Of a DNA stretch of 64,000 nucleotides, positions 14,063-27,670 are shown piece by piece; positions within the stretch are counted from its first letter, which is position 1, and every line of letters starts with the position of its first letter. A program made the translations under genes and the position numbers. Location of the stretch: the NCBI GenBank assembly GCA_047967505.1, contig CM106538.1; one strand, written 5' to 3'. The DNA is from Dipteris shenzhenensis (taxonomy: Eukaryota). The notes under the pieces are model-generated. The model searched no databases and was not told the DNA's origin. It saw nothing but the letters and a program-made list of their open reading frames with translations.

Positions 14063-16559
14063 GATGGTGGGATTGGGCGAGGGATTAAACAAGCTTAGGG
14101 GAAGGGGGGGGAGGGCTCAGGAGGCAAGCGGAGGGGCAAGGGGAGGTCTGAAAGCTTGGAGGGCATGGAGATGGGATGAGAAGCACCCACAAGACACATA
14201 GTAAGGCGGCTATGGAGTGATGAAGATGGTGATCAGCCGGCATGTCCTCTCCTTCATCTACGTTTCACAGCACCCGGACATTCTGTCTCTTTCAACTACC
14301 TTTCACGCCACCCGGACATTCAACTACCCTCTCAAGTCTCTTGCTTCACACCTCACCCCTCTCCTTGTCCCTCGCTTCAGCTCGTTTACACCCTCGCTCG
14401 GCCCTATAGCCTTAATCAAGACTAGATGCCACTCCAATAATTAACTGATCCTTTGGACAAGGCAATTTCGGACTTCATTTATTTTATTCTTTGCAGATTT
14501 TCAAACTATGTTTCCATTGAACAATACTTGATGCTGCCGCCATTTTTGGCCATTCTACTGATCTAGAATCGATTTTCTCTAGATTACCCATCCACCGCTT
14601 GGTTGCCCACCGTTGAGATGCATTTTAATACATGCTTCTGGGTGGCGATAGTGTGTGTCCACCCTCAGAATAGGGACCCACCCAAGACCCATTCCCACGA
14701 CGAGAACAAAGACATAGGCAGAAGGCTACGCAATGTGTTCGTGGGAACATCTCGCGTCGACATTTCGGGATGCTTGTAGCAGCAAAACACGCTGAGGTTC
14801 GTTGCAACAGATTGGCTCGAATGTCTCTCTCCACCTATTTTCACCCCTAACTTCACCAAAATCCTTGATGGTAGCCGTGAAAGTAGATGGCTCCCTTACA
14901 ACCGATGAAGAAGGCGAATTTCACGAACGACTTCTATTATTTGCCTCCCTGTAGAAATACAGACTCAAAATCCTAACATGGAAATGCCCTGTAAGCTCTT
15001 CTTTGCCTAGCTTTCATGATCAATGTGAAAAAGGCTTAAGAATATACCAGAGATGATTTTTTCACGTTAGCTTCGTTCATAAGTGAGTTTTATAAGGCAG
15101 GTGAAAGTTAATATGCTCCTATAAAAATAAAAGCTCAATACATGCGCCATGATTTAAAACTAAATCTTTAAAAATAGCTAAGTTTAGCCATTAATATTAT
15201 AAAATTATAAATTAATTCCATGAAAATTCCCCCTACCCTGCCGCCCCACACACACGCATGCACGCGTGCACATGAAATCTTTCACCAATATATCAAATAT
15301 ATTATTGGAAGATTAGCCTAGATCTATACACTTAAGCACCAAAACAGACTTGCACAATCAAGTACTTAAAAAAGACTTACACAATCAAGTACTTAACTTT
15401 CAACATTTATGAGAAAGATAATAATTATAGGGTTAAACTTTCAACATTTATGAGAATGATAATAGTTATAGGGTTCATCTATTTGGACATTAAGCTATTT
15501 AATATTCGTGTTGCTATGTGAATGGGTCTCCCCAACTTGAAAAAAAGAAAAAATCATTAATTGGCTAGAGGGAAAGGAGGGTGGAGTGTATGGCCCTAGC
15601 CTCATGATGATTCTTAAGACTTGATTGGTTTGACTTTTCGTCCTTTAATTTGTGCATGTATGCTAAATAGGTTTTCCCAATGTGTGTTCAATCAATTCAT
15701 GTAGCCAACATGACATTGAATCCAAGGTTAGAAAGCATCAATGAAAATGTGGACATTAAGATACATCATACAACTTTACCATAGAATCATAGAGTGCTTA
15801 AGAGCCACATGTTTTGTCTAGTCTGGCCTCTCTTCTCTTGGAATCCCCAAGTTGTTTGCTAGAATAATTGAAACCAAAGTCAACATCAAGGTCAACTAGC
15901 TATATAATCTCCTTAGCTTAGCCCCTCTGAGCATTGTCCGTTTCTCCACCCATTTGTCCTTTTTTGTCTGGAAGAATGAAATTATATCAATGAAAATATA
16001 TATTAATCCAAAGGTCCTCTCTCAATGAATAAGAGGGAGGGTAGTAAATTGAATACATCCAATGGATCAAATGATGTGCTCTTAGCTCAAGGACTTTGCA
16101 GTAAAGGAACACATAGAAGAGATGTGGCATCCCATACCATCTAGATAAACAACAGATTGTCATATTTCTTATATATCTATCTATCTATATATTCTTATAT
16201 TCAACAACTTGCGTGTCGCTCAAAGGTTGTACCATGTGGCAATCCTCTCTTGCCTTGGCAAGTAGCATGACCCATCTATGATGGGTCGGGATCCTAGGTA
16301 CCCTTTAATTTTAAGGTATAATATTTTAGTGTTTAACACTTATTTCATTAATTTTGGACTCATGAGGGATGGAAGACTCTTTAAATGTGCTCCAAAAATA
16401 GTAATAGCTATGCTTGCAATTTTACATTGTCAAATGTTTACAAGAAATATTACTCTCCATGAGTCTTTGTACAAAGGAGTCTGACATGCAGTCTTTTCAA
16501 TAACTCAATTTTGCCTTTACAAAGTGCTACGTACAAATGGGCAACTTGTTTGTTTGAAT

Positions 16560-17911
16560 GTCCGATTTACCATCACTTGTTGCTTGGATGCCATCCTCGT
16601 TCAATCTCGTCTATCATCTAGAGTCTTTATTGATGCTTGAATGGTATTGTCATGGGCATTCTTCATTTACGCTATCTCCTTCTACTTCCTCCTTAGCAAG
16701 CATCTTCTAAAACTCTGTAATATGCAAAATAATGGGTAGTGGTAGTCTTATTTTTTCTTATACATCATATCCCATGTGATTCCTTGTCTTCTTTGTCCTT
16801 GATTTCCAAGATACTATGACTGTCTCGATGGAAAACCCTGAAACTGCTTCATGGTTTGGGACCCATTCCCTTTTCAAATAGCCAATATACAATGTATTGT
16901 TATCCTGGTTCTCATTCCTACCCCTTGGATCATACCATAGTGTTGTAAATGTTGCAACTTTTTTGTCGTCATCCATGCTCACATTCACTACTTTTGCAAC
17001 CCAAAACTTAACATTCTCATGCTCATCATCCGATGGTCAAATTGCAACAAAACAGTGGATGTCTATGTCTATTTCTGGCATAAACTCTCTCTTCCTTGGT
17101 CCATAATATGGACGTGGGAGTAGCAAATCAAACTCATTTTCAAAGACATCAAATTATGGGTGCAAGTCGTTACCAACATTTGGTCAAAATAAAGGCCATT
17201 TTGCCTTAGCATCATTTGCTCACATTTTCTCAAGATCCTTTATCAATCGATAGGTCTTCTTAATTACAACAAGAGTGTGTTCCTTCCAAGAGGGCTTCCA
17301 ATCAGGAAATCTACAAAGCATTTCCTCTTTGTATGTAAGAAAAGATTTTAAGCCTTCTATTTCACCTTTAGATTTCTCATTGAATTCTTTTATAGGAGCC
17401 CATACTAGATACATTTCTTTGCTCGGGATTGAAGTTAAGAGACAGTAAGGTTCTTCGGGTTCCCATGTTGTATCATGAGAATAGTGTTTCCACTGCATCA
17501 CTGGTTTTTTATCCTTTAAGAAAAAGCAAAAGTAGTGTGGAGCGATATAGCCAATTAGGGCATCACCACCTTTTTGTATGAAAGGTAGAATAAAGCTCTT
17601 CCAATCATACATCCTTCCTTGCGGCCACTAACTTACCTCCCACATTTTCTTATCAAGTCATCCATTGTCTCCACGTCATTGTGTTTTAGCTCTCTTGAGA
17701 CTGTGCTAAAAACCTGATCGATATCCTCATGTGTGTGTTCAACCAACGAAAACCCAACTTCAATCTCATTGAAGATTCGATGCGCGATTAGCATTGAGCA
17801 AAATGCAAAAAAGAGTACATTTTTATTCTCTCGTCTATAATCGTCTACTTGTATTCTCAAATTTGCTGGTAGGTGACCTTTTTTTACATGTACACTATGA
17901 ATTGCCTTCAT
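16560..17911 (-). pseudogene. Sola/DUF7869-like DDD transposase, C-terminal half, degraded
   Basis: LPANLRIQVDDYRRENKN...F..IEVGFSLVEHTHEDIDQVFS matches the LQ.DNC.RENKN / FL.VGHTHEDIDQ.FS signature. Followed by YDWKSFI...PH.F.F and an FWVAKV C-terminal region. Confidence 0.7.
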
Positions 17912-17919
17912 AACTGATG

Positions 17920-18892
17920 TTACAACTTGATTGTCTTTGAAGTAATCTTCGGACCATTTGAGTCAATATCCATGTCGTCCATGTTTGATAAGCCAACACT
18001 TTCGAACTCTTTGCACTCCTTGACAATGTGTATGAATTCATCCACTCCAGATGAGACATCAATTCTGAAACATTTTGCTTTATTGGTACCAATGAACTCA
18101 TCCACTCCCAACAAGACATCACTTCTATAGTTAAGTGCATTGAAATCATCCAAGTTTGAGGAGACAACAACAATGATATCTTTATCTTTCTCGACGTGCA
18201 TGAATTCATCAACTCGAGATAAGACATCACTTCTGAAGTCTTTTTCCTTCACAATAACACTGAACTCATCGATGATATCTTTATCTTTCTCGATGTGCAT
18301 GAATTCATCGACTCCAGATAAGACATCGCTCTTTTGCCTTTACAGTACCACTAAACTCATCCACTCCTGATAAGATGCCACTTCTATAGATGATTGCATT
18401 GAAATCATCTAATTCTGAAGAGACAACACTTTTGATGCCTTTGCCTTTCTCAATATGCAAGAATTTATCCACTCCAGAGCATGCCTTGCTTCTGAATTTT
18501 GTATCTTTCTCAGTATCAATGAACTCATCCACTCCTAATAAGATGTCACTTCTATATTTGAGTCCATTAAAATCATCCAAGTGTGAAGGGACAAAGCTTA
18601 GCTTGTAGGCATATTCTTTAAGTCCTTTAAAATTGTAGTATACCTTATCTTTATCATTGAAAACCACATGTCCCTTTTTAAACTTCAAAAATTGCATGAT
18701 CCATCTCAAATCTTTTCCTTCCTCATAATAGGGACCATCCAATGATGTTGCGTTATCATCCATACCATCATTAGTAACTTTCACAATCCTCATCTTTGCA
18801 AATGGCCACTGATCCCAATGTTCAAACCCCAAAACTTGACCTTCCGCTATGTTCTTATTTGCAAATGATATCATTTGCAAAATATCTCCCAC
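17920..18892 (-). pseudogene. Transposon-associated ORF with tandem peptide repeats (frameshifted)
   Basis: ORFs 18305..18892 and 17920..18300 together hold ~7 copies of (Y/F)RSD(V/I)LxGVDEF, with a frameshift near 18330. Confidence 0.55.
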
Positions 18893-19084
18893 ACTGGTAG
18901 TTGTAGCTTTTTATAATTACTCTCTTTTGTTTTACTTTTACTTTATTTTATTAAATTTTGATGGTGATACAAGGATATGGGTTTCCAATAATGGATTCAT
19001 GTTTAGCATTTAGCTAATAGAATCTCTAATTTCAAATTGTGATTATACGATTTAGAATGATAAATGATATTATAAAGAATTTAC

Positions 19085-22000
19085 TATTGAGTTGCATGCA
19101 ATGTGATGTGCCCATCCGATAAGTACTTGTTTGGATAACACACCTAGGAGCGTGTTTTTGATGAATGTGCATCACACTGAGGCAAAAATAGTGTTTAATG
19201 CTTGATCCACCATGCAAAGCAGATCGGATGGGCACAATACTTTGCACGCACCTCAACCTAGGTGGTATTGAGTTGCATGAAAAGTGGCGCACCCATCCCA
19301 TAAAAACTTGTTCAAATAACACACCTGGGAGCACATTTTTTGATGGTTGTGCATAACACTAGGGGAAAAACGGTGTATAATGTGTGATCAACCATCTAAA
19401 GCATATCTGATGGGTACAATACTTTAAAAGCACCTCGAACTAGGTGGTATTGAGCTGCATGCAATGTGACACGCTCATCCGATAAGTACTTGTTCAAATG
19501 ACAAACCTAGGAGCATGTTTTTTTACGAATGCGCATCACACTGAGGCAAAAACAATGTTTAATGCTTGATCGACAATGCAAAGCCTATCCGATGGGCATG
19601 ATACTTTGCACCCACCTCAACTAGGAGGTATTTACTTGCATGAAAAGTGGTGTGCCCATCCCATAAGTACTTGTTCGCATAAGACATCTTGGAGTGCATT
19701 TTTTGATGGTTGTGCATAACACAAGGGGGAAAATGGTACATAATGCATGATTGACCATGCAAAGCATATCCAATGGGCACAATACTTTGCATGCACCTCA
19801 AACTAGGTGGTATTGAGTTGTGGCACACCCATCCCATAAGTACTTGCTCGCATAACACACCTGGGAGCACGTTTTTTGACGCTTGTGCATAACACTAGGG
19901 GGAAAACAGTGTTATGCACAAGCATGATCGACCATGCAAATCATATCCAATGGGCACAGTACTCTGCATGCACCTCAACCTAGGTGGTATTGAGTTGCAT
20001 GCAATGTGGTGCACCCATCCGATAAGTACTTGTTCGGATAACACCATGGTTGATTCTTTCAAGATAGTTTCATTAAGAAGCCAAACTTTATATTGGCGTC
20101 AAAAGTTTGTATGCCCTAATAAAACAATTGTTTGAAACATTCGCCAGGGTTTGAAACTTTTATGCAAAAAAATTCAAAATTTCACCAAGATTTACATTTT
20201 TTCCTTCAAAATTCAAAATAAATATATAAAAAAGTACTACATTCTACCAGTATTGTGAAACTACAAAAATTAGCTTGAAAACTTTTGCCAAGAGTTGATA
20301 TCAATATATAAGCATAGCTTCGATAAAAACATCCCTGGATAACACACCTAGGAGCATGTTTTTTTATGGATGTGCATCACACTGAGGCAAAAACAATGTT
20401 TAATGCTTGATTGACAATGCAAAGCCTATCTGATGGGCATAATAATTTGTACACACCTCAACCTAGGTGGTATTTACTTGCATGCAAAGTTGCATGCCCA
20501 TCCCATAAGTACTTGTTCGCATAACACACCTAAGAGTGCATTTTTTGACGATTGTGCATAACACTAGGGAGAAAATGGTACATGTTTGATTGACCATGCA
20601 AAGCATATACAATGGGAACAATAATTTGTAGGCACCTCAACCTAGGTGGTATTGAGTTGCATGCAATGTGGCGCGTCAATCCGATAAGTACTTGTTGGAA
20701 TAACACACCTAGGATAGTGTTTTTTTATGCTTGCGCATAACACTAAGGCAAAAACGAAGTTTAATACTTGGTCAACAATGAAAATCATATCCGATGGGCA
20801 CAATACTTTGCATGGGCCTCTACATAGGTGATATTAACCTGCATGCAAAGTGGTACGTCCATCCCATTAGTACTTGTTCAGATAACACACCTGAGAGTGC
20901 GTTTTTTGACGATGGTGCATAACACTAGGAGGAAAACGGTGTATAATGCGTGATCGATCATGCAAGTCATATCCTATGGACACAATAATTTGCACTCTTT
21001 ACACACAACCTAGGTGATAATGAGTTGCATGCAATGTGGCGTGCCAATCCAATAAGTACTTGTTGGAATAACATACTTAGGACAGTGTTTTTTTATGCTT
21101 GTGCATGAGTTTAATGCTTGGTCGACCATGCAAATCATATCCGATGGGCACAATACTTTGCACTAGCCTCTACATAGGTGGTATTGACCTACATGCAAAG
21201 TGGCATGGCCATCTCATAAGTACTTGTTTGGATAACACACCTGGGAGGGCATTTTTTGATGGTGGTGCATAACCCTAGGAGGAAATGGTGTATAATGTGT
21301 GATTGACCATGCAAATCATATCCGATGGACATAATACTTTGCATGCACCTCAACCTAGATGGTATTTACTTGCATGCAAAGTGACGCCCACATCGATAAG
21401 TACTTGTTCGAATAACACACCTAGGAGCGTGTTTTTTGACGATTGTGTATAACACTAGGGAAAAAACGGTGTATAATGCGTGATCAACCATGCAAGGCAT
21501 ATACAATGGGCACAATACTCTGCATGCACCTCAACCTAGGTGGTATTGAGTTGCATGTGGAGCACCCATCCGATAAGTACTTGTTTGGACAACACACCTA
21601 AGAGCGTGTTTTTTAACGGATGTGCATCACACTGAGGCAAAAATGGTGTTTAATGCTTGATCTGCAATGCAAACCCTATCAGATGCACAGAATACTTTGT
21701 ACATGCCTCAACCTAGGTGGTATTTACTTGCATGCAAAGTGGCACACCCATCCCATAAGTACTTGTTCGCATAACATACCTGGGAGCTCGTTTTTGGATG
21801 GTTGTGCATAACTTTAGGGGGAAAACGGTGCACAGTGCATAATCAACCATTCAAAGCATATCCGATGGGCATAATATTTTTCATGCATCTCAATCTAGGT
21901 GGCACTAAGCTGCGTGAAATGTGGCACACCGATCCGATAAGTACTTGTTCGAATACCACACCTAGGACAGTGTTTTTTGATGCTTGTGCATGACACTAAC

Positions 22001-22395
22001 GCAAAAACGGCGTTTAATGCTTGGTCAATAATGCAAATCATATCCGATGGGAATAATACTTTGAATGGGCCTCAACCCAAGTGGTATTTTTGTGCATGAA
22101 AAGTGGTGTGACCATTCCATAAGTACTTGTTTAAATAACATACCTGGGAGCATGTTTTTTGACGTTGGTGCATAACAGTAGGGGGAAAAAGGTGTATAAT
22201 GTGTGCTCGACCATGCAAATCATATCCAATGGACATAATACTTTGCACATGCCTCAACCTAGGTGGTATTTACTTGTAGGCAAAGTCGTGCCCCCATCCG
22301 ATAAGTACTTGTTAGAAAATAATACACCTAGGTCCATGTTCTTTTATGGTAGTGCATAACACTAGGGGGAAAACGCTATATAATGTGTGATGGAC
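19085..22395 (+). repeat. Tandem satellite, ~180-bp monomer, ~16-17 copies
   Basis: The motifs catcc(g/c)ataagtacttgtt...cctaggag...caacctaggtggtatt recur at ~180-bp intervals (e.g. 19114, 19294, 19477, 19657). Confidence 0.97.
20045..20337. mobile_element. Non-autonomous hAT-like element (293 bp) inserted in the satellite
   Basis: Ends CATGGTTGATT.../...AAAACATCCCTG (imperfect CAGGGnTG TIR), with a perfect 8-bp TSD gataacac at 20037-20044 and 20338-20345. Confidence 0.8.
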
Positions 22396-23950
22396 TTTTT
22401 GGATTTGTTCGATAAGGTCCACATACCTTAGGGTGGGCACTTCCCTAATAGGTATCGTGTGTACTGCCACTTTTGGTGAAATTCCCTTCATTTGCTTATT
22501 TGACCATGCTAGGCAGTCTCAGTAGGTTTTATTGCTCCTGTCCCCACATTGACTCTTACTGTAGTGTCATGAGTTTGGATTGTCAATCTATTAGTTTCCC
22601 AATCATGGAGGATTGATGCTTCACTCAACCAAGGATGTATAATCAAGATTTTAGAAGATTTCTTGGGGAGATCCAAGATTGTAAATTAAAGAGAAAAGCA
22701 GACTCCTACTACATTTGTTGACACTTCATTCACTATTCCCAAGGGCTTTGCACGTGAATCATCTGCAAGGCGTATGTTGAAATTGCCCTTTTGCATTGGT
22801 GGGAGACCCCATTCATCATAGACCTCCTTGGATAGGACATTCAGACCCGCTCCACCATCCACTATGGCTTGGACTTACTCATATGCTCTATGGATCAAAG
22901 GCATGGTGATGTTGCATATGTCATCTCTCTCACCCATCCACACAAGAATATCTTCTATGTCTTACATAGGTGGAGGGGGATTTTTCTAGTTCAATCCATC
23001 CTTTGAAACTCTCCCAGAGATTGGGACAATTTTGTAAGAGGATTCCGATGGGAATGGACACCGAGCAACTTAGAATGCTAAAGAGTGCGGCACCTTCAAG
23101 TTGGTGTGGTGGTACATTATGTTGTGGATCTTGTTGTTGGAACAAAGGCTCAAGGACTGTGTTGATACTTGGTGGGGCCAAGCGAGGGATTGGATCTTGT
23201 GCTTGATTCTCAGCTTCAAAATGAGCTTGTTCTTTTTGTACCCATTGTTGAGGTGCCTAAAATCGAGCCTTCTCCACTTCTACATTAGAGTATGGAGCTT
23301 CTTTTATTTGAGGATCGACAATAGCTGATGTGGATGAGCTTGGTTGGAAGAGGTATATGCACTTGTGATTTCTTTTGAAGAGGTCACTTCTGGATTAAAT
23401 TGGAATATTAGGGCCCTTGGTGGCCTCTTTTTGCTGGCGTGTAATTACATTCACAGGTTGTGATAATATGCTTACCGGGCCTAGACTTTGATGATCCACC
23501 CCAATAATGCCAATTGGGACGTCAGGCTTAGCCTCATTTTGTTGTGGGACCTTATTTTTCATGGGACAATCCATACAGGCATGGTCAATGCCACAATCTC
23601 TGTAGAGTGGTTGGAAAGTAGTGGGGCTACCATGATGAGGGCACTCTGCAATCCGATGATTCTCTCCACAATCGTAGTACTGATTGATATGTGTTGGGCC
23701 AAACTTGATTCGCATAGATAGGTATTAAACCTTTTGCTCCTTCCACATAGTACACTGGGTACTTAGCTTTATACTCGAATTGTGAATCCACTTCCTCACC
23801 TTGAAGTTGTTGTATTGGAACTGTCAGAGGAGATGGATTTAGTGCTCTTGGATATGGTCGTGGATTTGGATTCCTTAGTGATTGTGGGACTTGGGTCGGC
23901 GGGTCCGAACGGGAACAAGATTTAGCCTCGGAGTTCATAAAGGAAGGATA
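22396..23950 (-). mobile_element. Degraded Gypsy gag-protease fragment
   Basis: Two knuckle-like motifs (DCGENHRIAECP, RDCGIDHACMDCP) and IVDGGAGLNVL on the reverse strand at ~22835-22865. Confidence 0.75.
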
Positions 23951-24455
23951 AATTTTCAATCTTCTCAAAATTCCAATAGGCTTCAGGTGCTCAAACAAGG
24001 ATGGATGGGATTGGGTAATTGATAAAATCATATCCAAAGTGCAACAATGGCAGGGACTCCAACCACCTCTTTCTACAAGAAAGTTTGTACTTAACCACGA
24101 TATCTATACTTTTCTAATATTTTTTCTCTTATTGGTCCCCATGAAAGAAAGGCTTTGACCAAGTAAACCACCTTTTTGGAACCTTTCTCTAGGGAGGGGA
24201 ATTGGGCCAAAGTAAGGTGGAAAGTCTATACCCTCCCAAATCCTATTGGAGGTTTTGTCATTATAGACATAGAAAAATCAGAGGCTAGGTTTATGGCTCA
24301 ATGGATCCTTAAAGCTTTTCAATATATGGCCCTGATCATTAAGAATATCTCCCGGGTAAAGATCACGAGATGTAAACACTAGAAAAATCTTCTGGTAGGA
24401 GCAACCCTCTTCGAAAAAGGACCGTGCATTGCTAAAGGGTCTGACTTATGGAAGG
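23950..24455 (+). mobile_element. L1-like LINE ORF2 fragment (post-RT region)
   Basis: KIISKVQQW...LSTRKFVLNH and WAKVRW...LP..IGG..IIDI...A.W resemble the segment after RT in plant LINEs. Confidence 0.7.
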
Positions 24456-24812
24456 TGTTGAGATATGGTGCCATGAACACATAGATTAAAGGGCAAAGGT
24501 ATGTGATAAGAAATGTATTAAAGTAGCCACCCTATGATGTGGACTACATGATGTGGAGATGTGGATTGAGGATATCCACAAGGAGAGATGTGGATGAGAG
24601 GATCACACAAGTGTTGACTATTCAAAGGGCACTCTGTATATAAGAGGCCTATCATGTATTGTTGAGTAGACACATTGCAAGAGATATCGACTTGCTATCT
24701 CCCTCTCATGTCTTATTTAGTGTGCTTTGAGCCTCCTTAGTTCTTTTGCTGATGTTGTGTGCACTAGGCTTAGTGGTGATCATATATTGGATCTTTTTCA
24801 TGGTATTAGAGC
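24456..24812 (+). repeat. Copia-type 5' LTR (24456-24800) plus PBS
   Basis: TGTTG at 24456, TATA-like tatataag, CA at 24800, immediately followed by TGGTATTAGAGC (iMet PBS with one mismatch). Confidence 0.75.
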
Positions 24813-26104
24813 ATAGGTTGCCCACAAGCCTAGGTAGTTTAGAGTGAGTGGCACACTCATCTTGTTCTTAGGGAGAGAGAGATTTCTTTGAGTGATTTCT
24901 AAGTGTTTGAGTTGCCAGGTTTCATATTAAAGAGAGACATTTCTTGGCTCTCTTCCCAAATGTTAGTTTCCAAAGCTCATTTTCATGTGAGAGCTCTTGA
25001 GTCTCTCTATTGGTATTCTTGTCCTCCAGGCACCTCTGATCCGCAAGCTTATGACCCTTTACTGCAAGGCGATTCAACAACTATGAATTTTGGGCTTTAA
25101 CTTACTCAACAAGCAAAGACGAGCTCTACAACCTGCGCTTCAACCACCACGAGCTCAAATGACCTCTACAACTACCCATCCGACTACCACAAGGTAGCTT
25201 CCATGCCTGATACACAGAACTCTCTAGCAGATGACCTCCCACGGCTAGGTGTTACATCATCACTTGGTGATAGTCAATGCCTCGCCACCAGCACCACTAT
25301 GGCCTCCAACCTCTAGTGAGTTCCAGTCTCCTCAGCAATCCTCAGAAGCTATGAGGACTTAGCGCAGGCCCATCGAAGGAGCACATGGAGCCTCGGGCTT
25401 GACATCTACATAGTGGGTGACTCGTCCATTCCAACAAACTTAGAGATGGCCGACTCCTATTCTGCTGCATCTCTCCAGCAGCCGAAGCTCCTCACGACCG
25501 ATTCTATAGACCAACGCCTTGCCTCTAGAGTAGCTCCCTCCATTGACTGCTGTAGGCAAGCATCCAATGCCAACAACAGACCAATAGCCTCCACCAAAGT
25601 AACTCAACGAACCTTCTAGCAGCCCTCTGTGGCCTACAAGCCTCAAGCATCTAGCATAGGATGCAGATAATCTAGTGCCTCAGCAACTTGATTAATGGAT
25701 GTGATCCCTCGTAAATTCAAGCCTCTATTCTCAATTCGAAAGGAGCTGAACGAGACAACGCCGAAACAAAATCACCGAGAAAATTCAGAGTTTCGTCGAT
25801 GATCAATTCGATCACTGTGAAATCTCTCCATCAAATACAAGCTTCGCCTCCAAAGCAAAAGGCGCAACAGCACCAGCAGACAAATCCACCGACCACAAGC
25901 CGCAAACTACGTCGCTATCGTCACCATGTTGTAGAGCTTCAAAGCTTTCTTTTTTCCTTCTCTAAAGTTGAACATTAGGCCACATGGCAGTCCCTTGATA
26001 AGACACATGGCAAATAAGGTTGGGTAAGGGTATGGTCAAGTTAAACCTTGGTTAAGATAATGGTTAAGTTAACTCCCCACACTAAGTTTAGGTAGGGTTG
26101 CTTA

Positions 26105-26400
26105 ATTGCCACATCACCAAGTGTCACCTAAGCACATAGCCCCTGCCAAGCACAGTTTGGAATTCAGCATGTGAATCCCTATGCAACATCATCAAAGGCC
26201 CTCTTTTTCACAGAAACTTCAACAAGCCATAACTTGCAATCCATAAAGAATTTGGACACGTTCCAAAAAGAAAAAGTGATTGCCTTTTTGAGCTCTATGC
26301 TCTTGTTAGATCAGAATCATTGTTAGCAATTAGACATTGCCATTGAAGTAAAAACACTCATGGTAAGACCTTTGCAACAAATGGAAAAGCAACGCATGAA
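26105..26400 (-). repeat. Dispersed repeat homologous to the 5' internal region of the Gypsy at 55205-55475
   Basis: Shared colinear sequence gccacatcaccaagtg.cacctaagcacatagc...catgtgaatccct...gtaagacctttgcaacaaatgg. Confidence 0.85.
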
Positions 26401-27089
26401 TGCAATAATCATGCCAAAAGCACAAGCGCATGAGATGACCATAGCACAAAGCATGGCATCCACACATAAAGCATTAAGGAACATGGAAGAACAAAGCATC
26501 ATGCATCAAGCTACATCGAGTAAAGACGCGAACGCCATCAACATCAAGCATTGAGATCAAGAGGGATGTAGATTAGGAGAGGAAAACATCGATTAGGAGG
26601 AGAAGAGGAGAGGAAAGTGAGAACCAAAATGAGAAGGATTCTAATTTCTAAATAGTTTAGGAGATAATTTGTGCGGGAGATTTAAATTTGAAGTGCAAAA
26701 AAAAAGTGCCGGAGGATTGAATTTAAAATACAAACAAAAGAGCCGACATTTTCCTAAACAAAAAAGTTGACATTCTCCTAAACATTCTTCCATCCTATTT
26801 TCTTTCATCTGTCCTCACTGAACATGCATGACATTCTCTTTCCCAAGGTCTTTCTTACCGATAATAGTACACTGGTAAGATCTCTCTTTCGGAAACTCTT
26901 TCTTTCTTGTATTTTGTAGTAGTATGACACTCTTTTTTCTTTTACCTTCCTCACCAATCCCAACTTCTTCCCACCTCATTCTCTCCCTCCTCTGCCCGCC
27001 GTCGTTGAATGTCTGACATGCATTGCTCATGTCCATTGCTCACCCGTTCACAACTACTAGTCTACTCGCTTAAATGTTTGTCATGTGTT

Positions 27090-27670
27090 GCTCATTCGTC
27101 TCGTCATCACCATTCATCCGTCGCCCATTCGCTTGTCCATCTCCGTTGCCCGTTCACCCGTCCATCATCCGTCACTCCCCACCCGCCATCTGTCGCTCCC
27201 CATCGTCCATCGCCCATTCGCCCGTCCCTGCCATCCATTGCTCCCCGTCGTCCGTTAAGGGTAAGGGTAATCCCCTTCCCCTTATTCCTTGGCGGTCGCA
27301 GCCGTGAGGGAATAAAGAAAGGGAGATGTAATCCATCCTTCCGTCGCATCCCCCCTTCCGTCGCATCCTCTCCACTCCCTTCGTCCTCTTCCGTCGCATC
27401 CCCCCTTCCATCGCATCCTCTCCACTCCCTTCGTCCTCTCCACTCCCTTCGTCCATCTTCCATACATCTCTTCCTTCCATACGTCCTTTCCATCCTCTTC
27501 CGTACGTCTCTCCCTTCCCATTTCCATCGCCCTCCCTCCCCCTACTCTTCTCTTCCTTTCCCTCCTCTCTTCCATCGCCTCTCTTCTCTTTTCCTACCAT
27601 CCCTGCTTCTTCCGTCAGCCATGGCCTCCCTCTCCTTTTCAAAAAGATTATTTTCCCCTCTCTCTTCTCT
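27090..27670. repeat. C-rich low-complexity / short tandem repeats
   Basis: Repeated ccgtc(g)catcc and tccactcccttcgtcc units. Confidence 0.85.

Noticed and set aside
19032-22359. Multiple similar short ORFs (MLPGVL...)
   Set aside because: Translations of satellite monomers.
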